DNA from: Enoplolaimus lenunculus
Taxonomy: Eukaryota
Reading direction: 5' to 3'
NCBI GenBank assembly: GCA_030248215.1
Contig: JASANG010004128.1
Location: 372,001 to 436,000 of the forward strand
Length of the DNA: 64,000 nt
Of the stretch, positions 13,655 to 27,800 are shown piece after piece. A program made the position numbers and the translations under genes. The notes below the pieces were generated by a model that saw only the letters and a list, made by a program, of their open reading frames with translations, ran no database searches and was not told where the DNA came from. Each line of letters starts with the position of its first letter. Positions within the stretch are counted from its first letter, which is position 1.

Positions 13655-13917
13655 CCCTTTTTCACATGAATATTTTCTATTTCCCTTGAGACCTACTTAT
13701 ATGCTGGGATTCGAACTCCAGTGACTGGAGTGGGAGGCGTATACCATCACCACTCAGCTATAGGAGCTTGACGCTCGAGCCCGAGGGGGCTCTTACGTCT
13801 TGTGGTGATTTAGTTCTATGTATACGTGTTGCAATTGTTAAACACGGTGCGACATATACTATTTAACGTATATACATTGCACTGAGTTGCCTACAGGCAA
13901 CTCAATGTGAGAAGGGG
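13655..13917. mobile_element. TTAA-flanked CCCT...AGGGG (piggyBac-like ends) element carrying a tRNA-derived segment, copy 1
   Basis: TTAA|CCCTTT...GAAGGGG|TTAA; minus strand has A-box TAGCTGAGTGG and B-box GGAGTTCGAATCC; near-identical copy at 54015-54276. Confidence 0.75.
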
Positions 13918-14406
13918 TTAAGAATCAAATTTTTCAAAATTTCAAATTTGGTCATGGAATGACCAAGGGAGGTAAATGAAAATCTCAAATATACCACAGT
14001 TTTCAACATATTAGCTGATGCGAATTCTGTTTTCTGATTTGCTCAGTAATCGTTAAGTATGACCTGTTGGCTACCAAGCAGTTTGTTTTATACTAAAGTA
14101 ATTTGCCGGTACCAAAATAACAAATGAGAAAACGAACAGCTTTATTATAGTACATGATTCCACATTGTGCAAGCCCAAGTCGTAATTCCGCTTTGGTCTA
14201 GCCCAATTCGTATTTAGTCTGAATTACCTGCAAAAAATTCAAAGAATTGTTTTGATTTAACGCGGCAATTATGGGAAAAATTCTTCATAACCAGCAGGCA
14301 GGAAAGCCTCTGTGCACGTATCAATTGTTCAAGACTCCAGCACTTGGTGTTGCATAAATATCAGTCACTGGTCCTTCAGGTATCTTCAGCGATGAAGCGG
14401 GTTTGT

Positions 14407-14856
14407 TACTGTATTGACCCGAATAAGAGGGGAAGGGGTAATAAGAGGCTGGTCCCCATTTTGAGTCCGAATCAATTGGAGCCCGTATTCCTAATAAGAG
14501 TCCGTAAGCGGATAGAGTCCCTAAACCCTAATAAGAGTCCATAAATGTCAATTAACCCTAATTGTAGCGCATAAATGACTCCAGGAACAAATAATTTGAA
14601 TTCGAAACTTTAAAGCGTACTTAAATTTTGAAAGTGCATTCCTGAGTATAACCTTGTTATCGCTCAAGCTATTGACACAAGACAAATAAACGTTTAATTC
14701 AACGGATAATTGCAGTACCGGATATATATCAGTATCGAAGGGGAGCGGAGCGTGGGTTGAAAATAAATAACAGTCCGTAACCGAATAACAACGGGGGTAC
14801 CCTCTGGAGAGGCCAAATAAATATCAGTCCCCCCTCTTATTCGGGTCACTACAGTA
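14407..14856. mobile_element. TA-flanked MITE with TIR CTGTA(G/T)TGACCCGAATAAGAGGG (Tc1/mariner/pogo-like)
   Basis: TIRs tactgtattgacccgaataagaggggg / cccctcttattcgggtcactacagta; relatives at 29037-29254 and ~40680-40843. Confidence 0.8.
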
Positions 14857-16529
14857 TAGTTGAAGATATATGAAGCTCATGCAGTTGCACTGATTCTTCA
14901 ACTGTAATACCAAGAACAATGGGTCTAATATTTATTTTGCCTTTTTAAAGTAATCCCTGTTACTCGGCAACGGACTGTTATTGAGGTATAATTTACACCA
15001 TGTTAACTGGACCCAACTTCCTTCTTTCTATGTTCTTTGTTTTGTGCAGAACTGGCTTATTTCAAAACATTTTGATTGGGGCATAAATTGGGTACCCTGA
15101 TTACAACCCTCTCTTATTCGGATCACAACAGTGTCACCAAAAATAAGTTGCGTCGTTCAAATTTGATCCGCGCGGCCCGCGCCTGTTGATGCGTTTACTC
15201 GCTAATTAAGAAGATTGACCATAGTATATTTTTTCAAGGATTAGTACTGTTTGCGAAAAATGCATCACCATACGACTACTCAATGCTACTCAGGATTGCA
15301 ATGGCTTCTTAAAATCCTGAAAGAACACATATGCAGGGCGCAAAGTATAACAACGGACGAAACTGTGTAATCGAAGCGAGTGAGAAACCAAATGCAATTT
15401 TAATAGCTAAATTGTATTAAAATAGGGATTTGATTGATTTTAGTATTTTCTTTCTAAACCTAATAAAAATAAAAATATTGTGTTAGTATTTTGTGCATTT
15501 CAAAAAATGTGACCGGAATTTAAAATACCAAAACCGGAAAACAAAAAATACTTTTTACCGAAAATTCATTTTTAACGCTATTTTTTGAATTTATACCACT
15601 TAGAATACCAAACTCTTGAAATAAATGCAGTATATAGAAAAGTATGATAAATCATGGAGTGTGGCACAAATTTAAAATATTGGCAATACATGTTCAGACA
15701 TTTTTAGAGAAATAATTTTGAATATATGCCAATTATTCTTAAACTTTCGAATGAGAAAAATTTTCAATACTTTAAATACCGGAAAATTTCGATGAAAAAA
15801 TATCTGACTTCCCTACCGGAACCGGAATTCCGGTTGCACCTTGCTCACGAGGTTTTCTTCTCTACTTCTACCTATGTTGACTTTTTTTGTTGCGTACCGT
15901 TTATACGTTCAGGTTGTAAAACACTAAAACTAAAGGCGATATCTGTTTAAAATTCTGTTTGAAGCATTCATTATCGACATTTATATACACGCTAATACCA
16001 TTTAATAATTTCAGACTTTTAAATCATTTCTTAGTGAATTGTTGGGCTGATGCAAGTGGAGTTCGTTCTAAACTTTAATTAATATTCAATAAAATAATTT
16101 TACATTTTAGCCACAACTACAAGCAGTCGCTGCCGTGCTGAAACTTTTACGATGCATATGATCTCTCTGAGGCTCGCAAAGTGTTTTTCAACCATAAATT
16201 GGTGAAAAATATAACAAAGTTGCCACACGAATTTAAAAATGTTGCGCCTTCCGCACAATTGGTCAATCTTTGGATTCGCTACTGTCATTCCGTAGAGATA
16301 ATGTTTTACATGTAATGGCGGTTTTATTAAACTACGAGTTGACATATATTAAATGATTATTAGGTATATAATAATACCAGCAAACCATAACAATAATTCA
16401 AATAATGTGAATGTGTGGCTTTCACGGTTTATATAACACAATGGCTCAAATTATGTGTTGTACGGACACACAGTATAAACAAATACATATTATGTGTATG
16501 TTTATGCCAATGTTAGTCTTTGATTATTG

Positions 16530-16825
16530 GACTCTGTAATGCTGCTGCACATATATAATTTTATGATAGGCATAATACATAATTTGCGCAACATGTATGT
16601 TTGTATTTATCTATTCACATCGCCATTTCATTGCACGTTTTATGTATATGTATATGTATTTATTATTCCACTAAATATTGGCCTCCGTAATGCTGCTGCA
16701 CATATATAATTTTATGATAGGCATAATATACATAATTTACCCTACATGTATGTATTTTATTCATATCGGTATTGCTTTGCACGTTTTGTGTACATGTATA
16801 TGTATTTATTGTTCCACTAAATATA
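16530..16825 (+). repeat. Tandem direct duplication, two ~150-bp units
   Basis: gtaatgctgctgcacatatataattttatgataggcataata...ttccactaaatat occurs twice head-to-tail. Confidence 0.8.
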
Positions 16826-18173
16826 ATAAAAGCCTTATATTGCATACATAAAGGAGAAATAATGGGGCAGCTGTATTATGTGAAAACGCAATAGTAATAT
16901 AGTTGTATACTATGTTTTGCACACTAGAATTAAGGCGTTGTTAATATATATTTATTTATATATATTTATATGTGTATTTATTTATTTTATTAATGCTATT
17001 CTGGTTTTTGACTATTATAATGCACATTATGCGTTATCATATATGTGCAAAAGGAGATATTTTATAGTATCATTTGTGTGTTGTGTGTATCGCAACGTGT
17101 TGTTTTGAGCATTATGCGCGCACAACGGTTTTATTGTGTAAGACGGCATACGATGTTTGTTGTTGGCGCTTCCAAGGGGACCCTTATTGGCTATCCCTCC
17201 CAGCAGTTATTGATAATCATGTTGGGCTGGACCGATATTGGTTATATTTCCAGCAGTTATTGCTAATCATGTTGGGTTAAAAACAAGACTGAAATCTTGT
17301 ATTTTAGATTTACTACTAAAATTGCGTTTGACTTCTGTTAGGAAGTGTTTTTTTATTTATGCATTGCGCGACCGCCCCAGTAAGAAATTCGGGGGGAACG
17401 CCACTGCTGTTGTTTATCGAATAATTATTAGTTTTTTTTCGGCTTGTGCGCCAGAGTTTCTTATAGTTAATACGTGAATGCAAAGTTTGCACTGTTGCAC
17501 ACTGCTTTTTATATTAATGTTTGCATTAAGATGCTCTTTCTGAAAGTACTTAAATATTTATGCAACGAAATTTACATTCTGTAACTTTGACAAATTTACG
17601 CAATTGCCCGTACGGCAGGGTTGAATTGTGGATCATACGAAAATATTGCATTGGGTTCCGCATAATTGGTTATTACCAAACCTGAAAAGTTAATAATAAA
17701 TCGGTCGAATGTAGTCGAACAATATTATTTAAAACTGCGTTTGGACAGTTTCTATCGTTTTACACGCCAGTTTTAGTGCTCAGTTAGAATTTGTTGTGTC
17801 CAATAAGCAGTGCATGAGTTCGAGCAGTACAATTACAGCCAGTTGTACAGATTACTCCCGTAAGCTTAGGCTTAGACTCAGACTTAGGTTTAGAAAACGC
17901 TTACCTAACGTTTTTCTAAGCCTAAGACTTGAACTGTGCTGGAAAAGTGTACAAGACACGATTATAAATTAAATGTGGCGGTTGGTACCGGTCCATTGGG
18001 TTTGTGGCTTGTCGAACAACATAACGTGGTTATATGACTGCGACTGGGCAGATTTTTCCCTATAAAAGTTTTAACCTTTTCAGGGCCGTGGTTAGGCGGT
18101 CCGCACCACAGTTTGAATTTTTGCACTTTGCCATTTATCTTGACGCCGAAAGTACCCTAAGTATAGGTTTATC

Positions 18174-18350
18174 CAATGGCGGATCCATGGGGAGGACCAC
18201 CCCGGCCGTGCCCCCCCCAAAAGCATCTCGACAAAATTTATATAGCAATTTTGTGACAATAGTTCGTGGTTAGTGTATGGGTCAAAAGTAAGTTTATTAC
18301 CTTGTGAAATTTTGCCCCCCCCCCATTTTGAGATCTTGGATCCGCCACTG
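18174..18350. mobile_element. hAT-like MITE CA(A/G)TGGCGGATCC, copy 1
   Basis: TIR caatggcggatcc / ggatccgccactg; 8-bp TSD GGTTTATC/GGTTAATC. Confidence 0.85.
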
Positions 18351-18954
18351 GGTTAATCCATTGTTGAATTCTCAATTACAAGTACCAAAACAGTGATAAA
18401 GCGCAGCAACAAGAATCCCAGGAGCGCTGGATAACGCAGTTTTGTTTTCTTAGTTGAATCGATATTTTAACCGAAATTTGGCAATTAATGGGTAGGCTAC
18501 GAGTTCTAGTGTTACGTACCGTTATGCACTGACGATGCTACCGCTACGCAAGCCATTAAGTTTGATGCTAAGAGCGTACCAAAACATTTGATTGGTTCAC
18601 CATTTCCTAATGAAAATGACCGTGTGCACAAGCCCAAGGTGTTCTCTCGAAAATCGCAAAATTACGCGTTTTGCGGTGTAGTTAACAGAATAATTGACAT
18701 CATTAACAAATGCATAATACGGAATTCAAGTGTAAAGTATATTCGCTCACGAATCACAAAATTGTTTTGCACTTTGCATTATTGCATGTTAAAAATGTCA
18801 TCCAAGCAGTCATTTTTCGGTGGAAACTGGCCCCCTGGACACCACGCCACCTCCTCCGATCGAGGTGTTTGGAATATCCGGTTCCTGTACAAAACTTGAC
18901 AATCCCGGTCGCATTATGACATATGCGTATAAAATATAGTTTTTGAAACGTTTT

Positions 18955-19131
18955 GGCCAGTGTAAAGAACTGAGGCGGAACAATATTATAAGCATATTCC
19001 TAAGCCTAAGCGTAACAATGAGCATATTCGCAAGCCTAAGCCTAAGCCAAGCAAAAAATTAGTCTCAAGCTTAAGCTTACTCTATTCTAGTCCCGTAGAT
19101 AAACGTTCCACCCCTGATGTTTATATGGGCC
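18955..19131 (+). mobile_element. GGCC-ended telomeric-repeat MITE
   Basis: GGCC termini, (TAAGCC)n tracts, TSD AACGTTTT/AACGTTCT. Confidence 0.85.
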
Positions 19132-20603
19132 AACGTTCTAAACACAAACACGAAATTTTAGTTTTGATGGATTTTTAGGATGGGAGCGACAGCCACATCT
19201 GTTTCAGGTCTTGTCGACTGACGTTCCAGATTACCCTGTTCCGGGTGCCCGCTGACACGTAGCAATTTCAACTGGCCTAAGGTGGGATAGAATCTCGCTA
19301 TTGAACCGATACTATACCGGTAATTGGATACGGTTTTACCGATGATACCGATGCTTAAGTTGTACACTATGCCACAGGACTTGGAAATATTAAAAACGAA
19401 ATCAATTGAAGATTACCCCACGATATCAGTTGAACTTACTCCTTAGTTGCCATGTATAATCTCACTTTTAGTGTTGATTAACTCTTATATCCGAATAAAG
19501 TCGATTTTTCTCAGACTAAAAAACGCAGTAAAACGAGTCAAAAGCAACTATAAATGGAACCGACTCTATTAGTATCTGAAAGTGGAAAAACTATAGCCGT
19601 CCTAAGCGTCCGTAACATGAACAGCTGCACTGTAATACCAGTCTTTGATGCGACGCAGAGAATGAAATAGGTTTCAATATGTGACCCGCGACCCATCTGA
19701 ATCGTGTGTAGCACACCCACGATCATCGACCCATGACCCAAGTTATCAGTTAAAATTTTTAATCTACTGAGAAGAAACCAAACCACCTGATTTCCGGCAT
19801 TGGTCAAGCCTTTGACCCATAACCCACCATGGTTTACATTCCCTAAATTTTGACCTATGACCAACTGACCCCATTTCCAACTCAACGGAGGCGTTCTATT
19901 TTAGAACGCTTTAAAACTTTGAACAGAAAAAGTTACTCAAATGTTTCACGTCCACATTTCAATTGATTGGGAGATACGGGAAAATTAAAAAAGTTACGAC
20001 CATCCAACATGGGTCAAAAATTAACACATGAATTTAACTTTTAGATTTAAAAATATAACCTTAAAAGCTGAAATTTTTGGGCAGAGTATTAACTGTCAAA
20101 ATTCTTTATCGTTCTTCGAATTTAGTCCACCTGACGCTAAATTTGTTTAAAACTGTACTGTGAATAAGTGAAAGTCATAAGAAGACAGATTAATTTGATA
20201 GTACAATAAAAATACAGATATCAATTTATTGTTAGAAACATGCTTACTCCACGCTGCTGTTGTACTCATTTTACCTGTATAGACTATTTTTCTTTTATTG
20301 ATGTCTGGCTGTTAGGGCGCGTTCCGCCACCTCAAAGCCCCAAACTTTAAGGAATTCTTAGCAAGATGGACGCTGCCGCTTCCCCAAACTCCCACACCAA
20401 GCAATTTATTGTTGTAATAGCAAAACTTTGTGATGAAGTACTTTGACTTTTTGCTCTCATATAAAAACCGCTTGGTCATGATGATTAAGACCGCCACCGT
20501 CCCATGTTGGTTAAGATGACTTTGATGTTGCCGGAGGTTCAGCGAGACGCAACCTTTTTCAATGGAAACTTAAGTTATAAATTGAAACTTAGCTATATAG
20601 CGA

Positions 20604-20782
20604 CAATGGCGGATCCATGGGGGGCCACCCCGGCCGTGCCTTCCCCCCCAACAACATCTCGACAAAAATTGTATACTTAGCAATTTTGTGACAATAGTTC
20701 GTGGTTTGTGTGTGGGTCAAAAGTAAGTTTATTACCTGTGAAATTTCCCCCCCCCCATTTTGAGATCCTGGATCCGCCACTG
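20604..20782. mobile_element. hAT-like MITE CA(A/G)TGGCGGATCC, copy 2
   Basis: Highly similar to 18174-18350; perfect 8-bp TSD TATAGCGA. Confidence 0.9.
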
Positions 20783-21819
20783 TATAGCGATCTGTATAAA
20801 ATCTAAAGGGAAAAGATTCATCCTGTTCTAAACCTAAGCAGAAACTGTACAAAAGCCAATTTCTGTATGATATTTTTAGTTGTATTTATGCAAACCTTTT
20901 TGAAATGAAATTTGATTTGTTTTGTACCGTATTCACACACATAGACGTAGGTACAAATGTACGAGCCGCATAGGCGTAGGTAAAGGCTTAGGCAATGATT
21001 TAGGCCAAAGTTTGGCAAGCCGTTTCGGAAAACTACGTAAGCCTGTCAAGCCTAAGCGTGTAACTGAAAAATGTATATACAAGAGCCACACATTGTTCTT
21101 TCGCGATCTGGAATTGTTGCAAGTTCCGTTGTGCTATTGCGAATTTACCTTATAAAACATACATATTATTAACGTGTTTATTGTGAAAGCCATAAGCTGC
21201 ATATATACTTGAAAAGTGTAATGTTGGTCCTTGACTTGAATTATTTTCTGTGTTAGGAATTTATGCTTTATCGTTATTCCAAGCAGAATGTGAAACAATT
21301 TATATAGGTTATTGAACTCGGTCAATTTGTGAATTAGCCTAAAATTATATTTTCCGTTATTTAATGTTTGCTACTTGCTGGTCATGAAAATTTTTTTCCA
21401 AGACCGAAACACGCTTTAGGACTGTAGATTGGAGATTTCATGTGCCTAACAGCTGGTTGCTCACGCGTCGCACTCGTTCTCGAGCTCAGATCGTAACCAG
21501 GAAGGGAAGGGAGATGCCTGCCTTGGTTATTAATTATCTCGAAAACCATAAATCATACGGCCCTTGGATAATTAAAATCGGATTCCATTTTACTGGATGT
21601 CTTCTGTCCTAGTCATGTAGTCGTATTTGTTGTCGTAAAAATTCTAACTGCCAAACTCACAAAAATACGCTCACATTAACAATAATTGCCTGCAAATTAA
21701 GCTTAATCCCTAAGTCCCACATTCTCTCACTCGCACAGTCTGCTTGTCTTCCAGTGAAGAAAATATATGACATTAGGTTTAGTTTAGTGTTTAGTAAGCT
21801 AAAAACTAAAGCATATGTT

Positions 21820-24800
21820 ATGGATAATTTAAGTGCGAATAGTAGTAATGGAGATTTATTGCGTGAAGTTGTAAAAGAATTGCGGATAATCAAAGGAGCT
21901 ATTTTGATGCTCACTAACCAGGTATGGCTAAATTTACATAAGCAGTGATTATGGAAGGTGGGGACAAAGTTTTAAACATTCCATATCAGAAAAATAAAAC
22001 GTGTCATTTTTTCAGTGTTCTAGTCGTCTAAAATATTGTCAGCGGAAAATCTGTCGTTTTACAAAAATGTTTTTACGTAACTTTTGTAGAAATGTTCACC
22101 TTTCGCCTGGGATGGTGATATGAAGAATCTAAGGGGGGCGCATGTAAAATTATTTCTATTATCATCAAAAAACCAAAGGTTGCGTCACAGTATTGTGAAG
22201 TTAGCCTAGTTTTTTCGCAGGGGAGAGTTTACAAACCAATTGACTACGCGCTGAAAATCAAACATAAAGCTTGTTTAGTTATGCGCGAAGCGTAATTTTT
22301 TTAATTTTTGTTGGAAAAATTATCGAAGCTTACAATTACAAATTAGGTAGAAAATAATTCGTCGGCTCGGACCATAATGGCGTCCATCGCCGCCCCCCTT
22401 ATCACCGCTCTTGCCTTTTACTACATCTGTGTACCTAAACCCTTACATATGAGGTATGATTAGAGTAAAACGAAACCGCGTTTAGGTTCTTTAATACTGA
22501 ATGCGACAAGTTGCCAGTTTTTGTATTGTAAGAATAGCTATAATACACAACATAATGATTTGCATCGTGAAAAAAGCTTTTTCTCTTGTACACTTGCACC
22601 CATAGATTTAGGCTTAGGTTTTCGAAGTGCTTACCTAGCTTAATCCTAAGTTTGGAGCTTAACCTAAGTGTAAGTCTTAACCTAAGCGTAGCCTCAGCCA
22701 ACTTTAATTGTGGGGAAGCGTACAACAGCCGATTAGGTATTCAGAAGAGAAAAGATCTTAAATTCTGTTGACAATTTGGGTTGTTAAATTTAAACATTTC
22801 CCTCTGTGTCTGATAAGCTTTATGGAACCTTCAACTTCTATTGCTAGAATAATCTTACTTTAAAAGTTTAATTTTCAAGAAGCGGCACTATTCACAGTGA
22901 CACTAGATCGTGCAGCATATTTCAGGTGCGTCAGTTAAACCAGAATCAACTGAGCAACAAACAGCAAGACACAGATCGTATGTTCGAACGTCTTATTCAG
23001 TCGTTGGTCGAAATGCCGCAGCAGTCACAGACAGACGAAACCAACTGGAACGAAGAAAAGTCTCCGCTCTCAGGGATTTCTCAGGTATAAAAGCATGTCA
23101 TATCACACCGACGTTGGGATTATCTAATGTGTGCTTCACTTGAAGTAATACTCTGAAAATTCGACCTGTTGTTTCCATGCCGGAACCTTTTTTAGTTTTT
23201 TGTCCAGACTTTTTGTGTAGATAGCGAAGTATGATAGCTTAAAATGTGGCAAATTTTATTATCTTTTGTGTTTAAGTATCAAATGTGAACTAGTATTTTT
23301 CTTAAAGAAGTGCCCCCTTGCCCACATGTAGCTGCGTTCCTGAGAAGCTTACATTGCTCAAGTCATAGGCCTGCGCAATGTTTAACCAGAAATGTTGAAA
23401 CTAATAACGCTTGTTTGCGTTTTGAGTAATTAGTGGAATTTGTATTATTATTCTATTTTCAGGAAACTAAATACGCAGTTCGTATTGACAATGATTCTTT
23501 AATGTTAGCAGAAAACAGCGAAATGTCCACGCTTGACGAATCTAATCATGAAAAGTCAAGGTAAAAGCAGACGGGTTAAACCAGTGACACTAGTTGTAGC
23601 GAAACCATTACCACAATCAACCTTTGTAGAGGGAATAATGGCTCTTGTATACTTTCTTCCCACAGGCTAAGGTTAAGGCTTAAGTGTAAGCTTAGCTATA
23701 TGAAAAGCAGGGTGCAACCGGAATTCCGGTTCTGGTTCCGGCATATTTTCACCTTCCGGTTCCGGTAAATTTTTACCGGATTTAAAAATTCCGGTGTTAT
23801 AATTTGGCCGTTTTCTTAACTTTGCTAATTTTTTAGAATCTTTTTTGAAAGCCACTTGTACTCCGAATATAAGCCATTGATGGTGGATTTCACTTCAGTC
23901 GATGATGAAGATCTAAAATACAACAAATAAAATAAATACCTATGTTCGACTAAGGTTATTTCACAAATAATAGAGAAAAAAATAAGATTAAAATGAAATT
24001 TTTGGTGAAATGCATTTTTCACTTTCCGGTTCCGGTTTCGGTAAAATTTTCAAATTCCGGTTCCGGTAAATTGTAATTCCGGTTGCACCCTGATGAAAAG
24101 ATGACATTGAAATTTTGTCGGTGACACAACCGCGAATTATTTTTACACTTAGTTCGTTTTCACTTTTGCCCTTGCAATGTTTAAAACTCTAATGCTTTAA
24201 TACCCGGTTAGATATTCTGTAAGAGAACTCGTTGAAAAAGCTTAGCAATATTGTTTGAAACCATATATACTTGCTCTTCCGTTACTTTGAAATCTTAAAA
24301 AAATATTTAACCAGTGGAAATTTTTCAAAAATTATTATAATGCTCACCTTTTTGCTATGTCTGATTATTCTCTGTTACTGTGATTGAAAGTACCTCAAAA
24401 TCTTGATGTGTACGTAACTTAAAGTAAATAACAATGGTTTGGTTTCTGAAACCCTACTTAAGTACGACTTCATGCTTAAGTATGTGCTAAATGTTTACTT
24501 AGCCAATTTACCGTTTCTAAAAGCGTACTTAAGTTAAGTAAATATTATGTCACTGACCAATTTGGATGTGTTACAGACTATCAGTTTAGGTGTTTTAACC
24601 TCAATCTTCATGGTTATGACACTAGTTTAATTCTGGTATTTATTTGTTTTTGTTCAAAAAAGTTAAGTATTTACTTATGTTGGCTACTTAAGTTATTCCT
24701 TAAGCATAATTTAAGTAAATACTTAAGTAAGATTTCGGAAATCCAGCCAATGTGTATTTTGGATTTAGTTGGCTTTGTTATTTATGCCAAATACACGAGA

Positions 24801-27800
24801 AACGTTATTTAGCGTATTGAACTACCAGCTTTATCGTTAATCATCTTTCAAGTTAATCAAGTTGCAAGAGTACTAGACTTGATTTCAGTTTTGTTTAGTC
24901 TCTGTCTGGATTGTATATATATTTGTAATCATATTTTGTGTGTAAGCTGCGAAGGTTTTTAAGAATTTAATATTTTGTTTAAGGATTGAAGTGAAACCAA
25001 GCAACTTTTTGCAAGTCTCAGAGCCAAACGGTAAGTTATTTCATTGTACAATAAAACATTTGTTAGCTGTGATATTTTAGATGCAATTGTAAATCATCAT
25101 ATAAAAATTTGGATGTTTCCTGTTCTCCCCCAACCTATATTCACCAAAGGGGTCGATATTGAAAATTTTTGAATATTTGAGCTTCTCATGTTCTCGCGTG
25201 AGCATTTCACACCCAAATTTTAAAATTTTGAATTAATTTGGTTTTCTATGGTTCCCAGTTGCGACACAAAAAAATTTTCGTCTTAAAGTTATACAAAATA
25301 TTTATCATTCGAAACAGCATGCTTAGCTGTAAATAGAAATGGTGTTAATTTTTGCGCAATTAAATTTCTGATTAACGAGTTATGGTGAAATAGACTGATA
25401 TGGCTCGTTCCAAATGTCTGGTAACACGCCAAATCAGTTATTTTACCATAAATTGTTAACTAGATGTTTGATTACAGATAATGTAACACCATTTGACGCA
25501 ACGTATTTTTTCAAAATTTAAATTTGGGTGTGAAATGATCAGTGGAGGTCATAGGAAGCTCAAATATGCACAAAAGTTTTATAACCCGGCCGTTTTTGGG
25601 CGAACGCCGGCTGAAGAAATAAAGTTAAAACACAAAATTTGATAGTATATGCGCGGCTTGTTTATCAAAGACAATTTAAATGTTATTTTATAGTTCAAAA
25701 TGTTTAAAAAATAACAGCAAATACTTTTTTGTAATGAAATACGTATTTGATGGTTTGCTTTATGTCGAATCAGTAAAATTTTGATTACCTCTTAGCTTCT
25801 GCGTAGTCAGGATTTTGGAAACGGGGTCTGCGTTTTATAAAAATTTTCAATCTGTGCTTTCTTGTGTTATTAACGTGATAATTACTCAAAAGTCCAGGGC
25901 GAAAATCGCAAATCGGCGCTTGGAACAGAAATGGCCCTGTAAGCTTTCTCAATGCTCGAATTTAGTTTTGCCGTTTAAATTTGTTTTTAGTAAACGAGTG
26001 AGAGTGTGTACAAAGCGAAGTTATTAGATTATATAATCCTATTGTTTAAGATGCCGATTTTGCTGGCAGTACAGTCCAGATTGGAATATCGAAAGAGGAA
26101 CAGAATGGATTTGAAATTGGCAATGTGAGTAACAGGGCCGTAGGAACGCATTTAACGGAACGCAGCCAACCTAGCAAACAAGCGAATCTGTGTTGAAGAG
26201 CAGGCGAAAATCGAGCCACGGTTTTACTATTTACTAAAAACCAGATAGTGAATACATTAATTAATCTACTGTAATGGATCTAGTTACTGTATACAATCAA
26301 AGCTTAAGCGTGCAACTTAAGGCTGACGCAACTGATGCGGGTCCTACGGCCATAAATGAAAATAATAAGCTTAATTTTTTGGAGTATTTTTGGTAGGTTT
26401 TTGTTTAAGCAGAATGGTTTTCGCTGCGCACAACTTGGGCGTAGAGAATGGAAAATAGAGGAAATTTACCTAACTTAAATTTCTGGAGAGACGAGAAAAA
26501 GTATTATTGTTAGAGGCTTTCAAATATAAGCTGCTGGCTCCAAAACATTATTCTCGTCGCATCCAGTCGCTCGTAAAATCTTAAATGACATGTTATTCTC
26601 TGTAATAAATACCAATATCTTTGGTGCTTTTGTATCAAATTAAGCCATGCCGGGTTATTGTTTTAGTTACTCATGCTTTGACGACCACAGCGTTACGATG
26701 ATGAGTTTATAATTTCAGAGTATTAAAGATGAACAAAATTGGATGCTCAGAAGCCACAAGTGCCACCGATGCGATTTTATCGCACCAAGTATGGAATCGC
26801 TGAAAGGTCATATGAAAAGCGCTCACACGCAGGCTTGCAAGTATGTTGCATTTTTGTAGTGTTTTATACGGTAATTGTAGTTAACTTTTTTACTACACGC
26901 AACGCTTTTTCTGAAGCGTTATGGTGACGCTAAACGTTTAGCAACGAAGATAAATTGACGCATGACGTCACATGTAAACAAACGTTTTTGACTGCATAAC
27001 AAGTATAGTGCCACCATAATTCTCAAGCGTCTATAGTACCTATCACTAGATGATGGTAAGTTATGTACCTTTCGAACTACTAACTAGTATGGCGAGTGTC
27101 GAAGTTATTCTGCAAAGTGCTATACGCATTTCATAATATTTGCTTTGGTAGTTCTTTTTCTCTTTAGTAACGATAAATTTAGGGTTGTACTATACTTTAC
27201 TGTGTTGCGCGTCGTCGCACGCCACCGCACGCCGTTATGCGTTGCTAACAAAAATATAGGCAAAAGCTATTTGGCGAAATTTGAAATAAAATATTTTTAC
27301 TGTGCCTTGCGACGGCGTCCGGCGGCCGGTGAGTATAGCGCAAGCGCAACCCACCCACAGTGTAACTTTTCACATTTTTTGAAAACGTTTCGACTTATTA
27401 ATAGGTGCCGTTAAGATATTTTAGGTTTAAATGCGAAATTTGCGGAGCACTGATCAAATGGAAACATAACTATACGAATCATTTGCGTTACGCACACGGC
27501 AACAAGTTGTTAAAGTGTGAATTGTGTTCGTTCACAACAAAGTGGCGTTCGAATTATCTTCAGCATCGAAAATCTGTGCATCATATTGATAGCTCAGGCT
27601 CGGCAGTTGGAAATGGAGGTCAAATTGGAACAATCCAAACAGATCAATTGGCGCATGAAATGGACGGTGACAGTTTTGTATCGTCGGGTCAAATGGATGG
27701 GAGCAAGAGTCGTGCTGGTAGGCCGCCAAACATATCGCAAAGATTTGCGTCGAAAACAAATGAAATAAAATGTTTCGGCGGATCAGATTTTGTTACTCCA

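Noticed and set aside
18780..19885. Possible minus-strand gene (exon-like pieces near 18780-18886 and 19235-19276; ORF 19538..19885)
   Set aside because: Splice-like sites exist, but there is no recognisable protein motif or complete model; needs RNA-seq.
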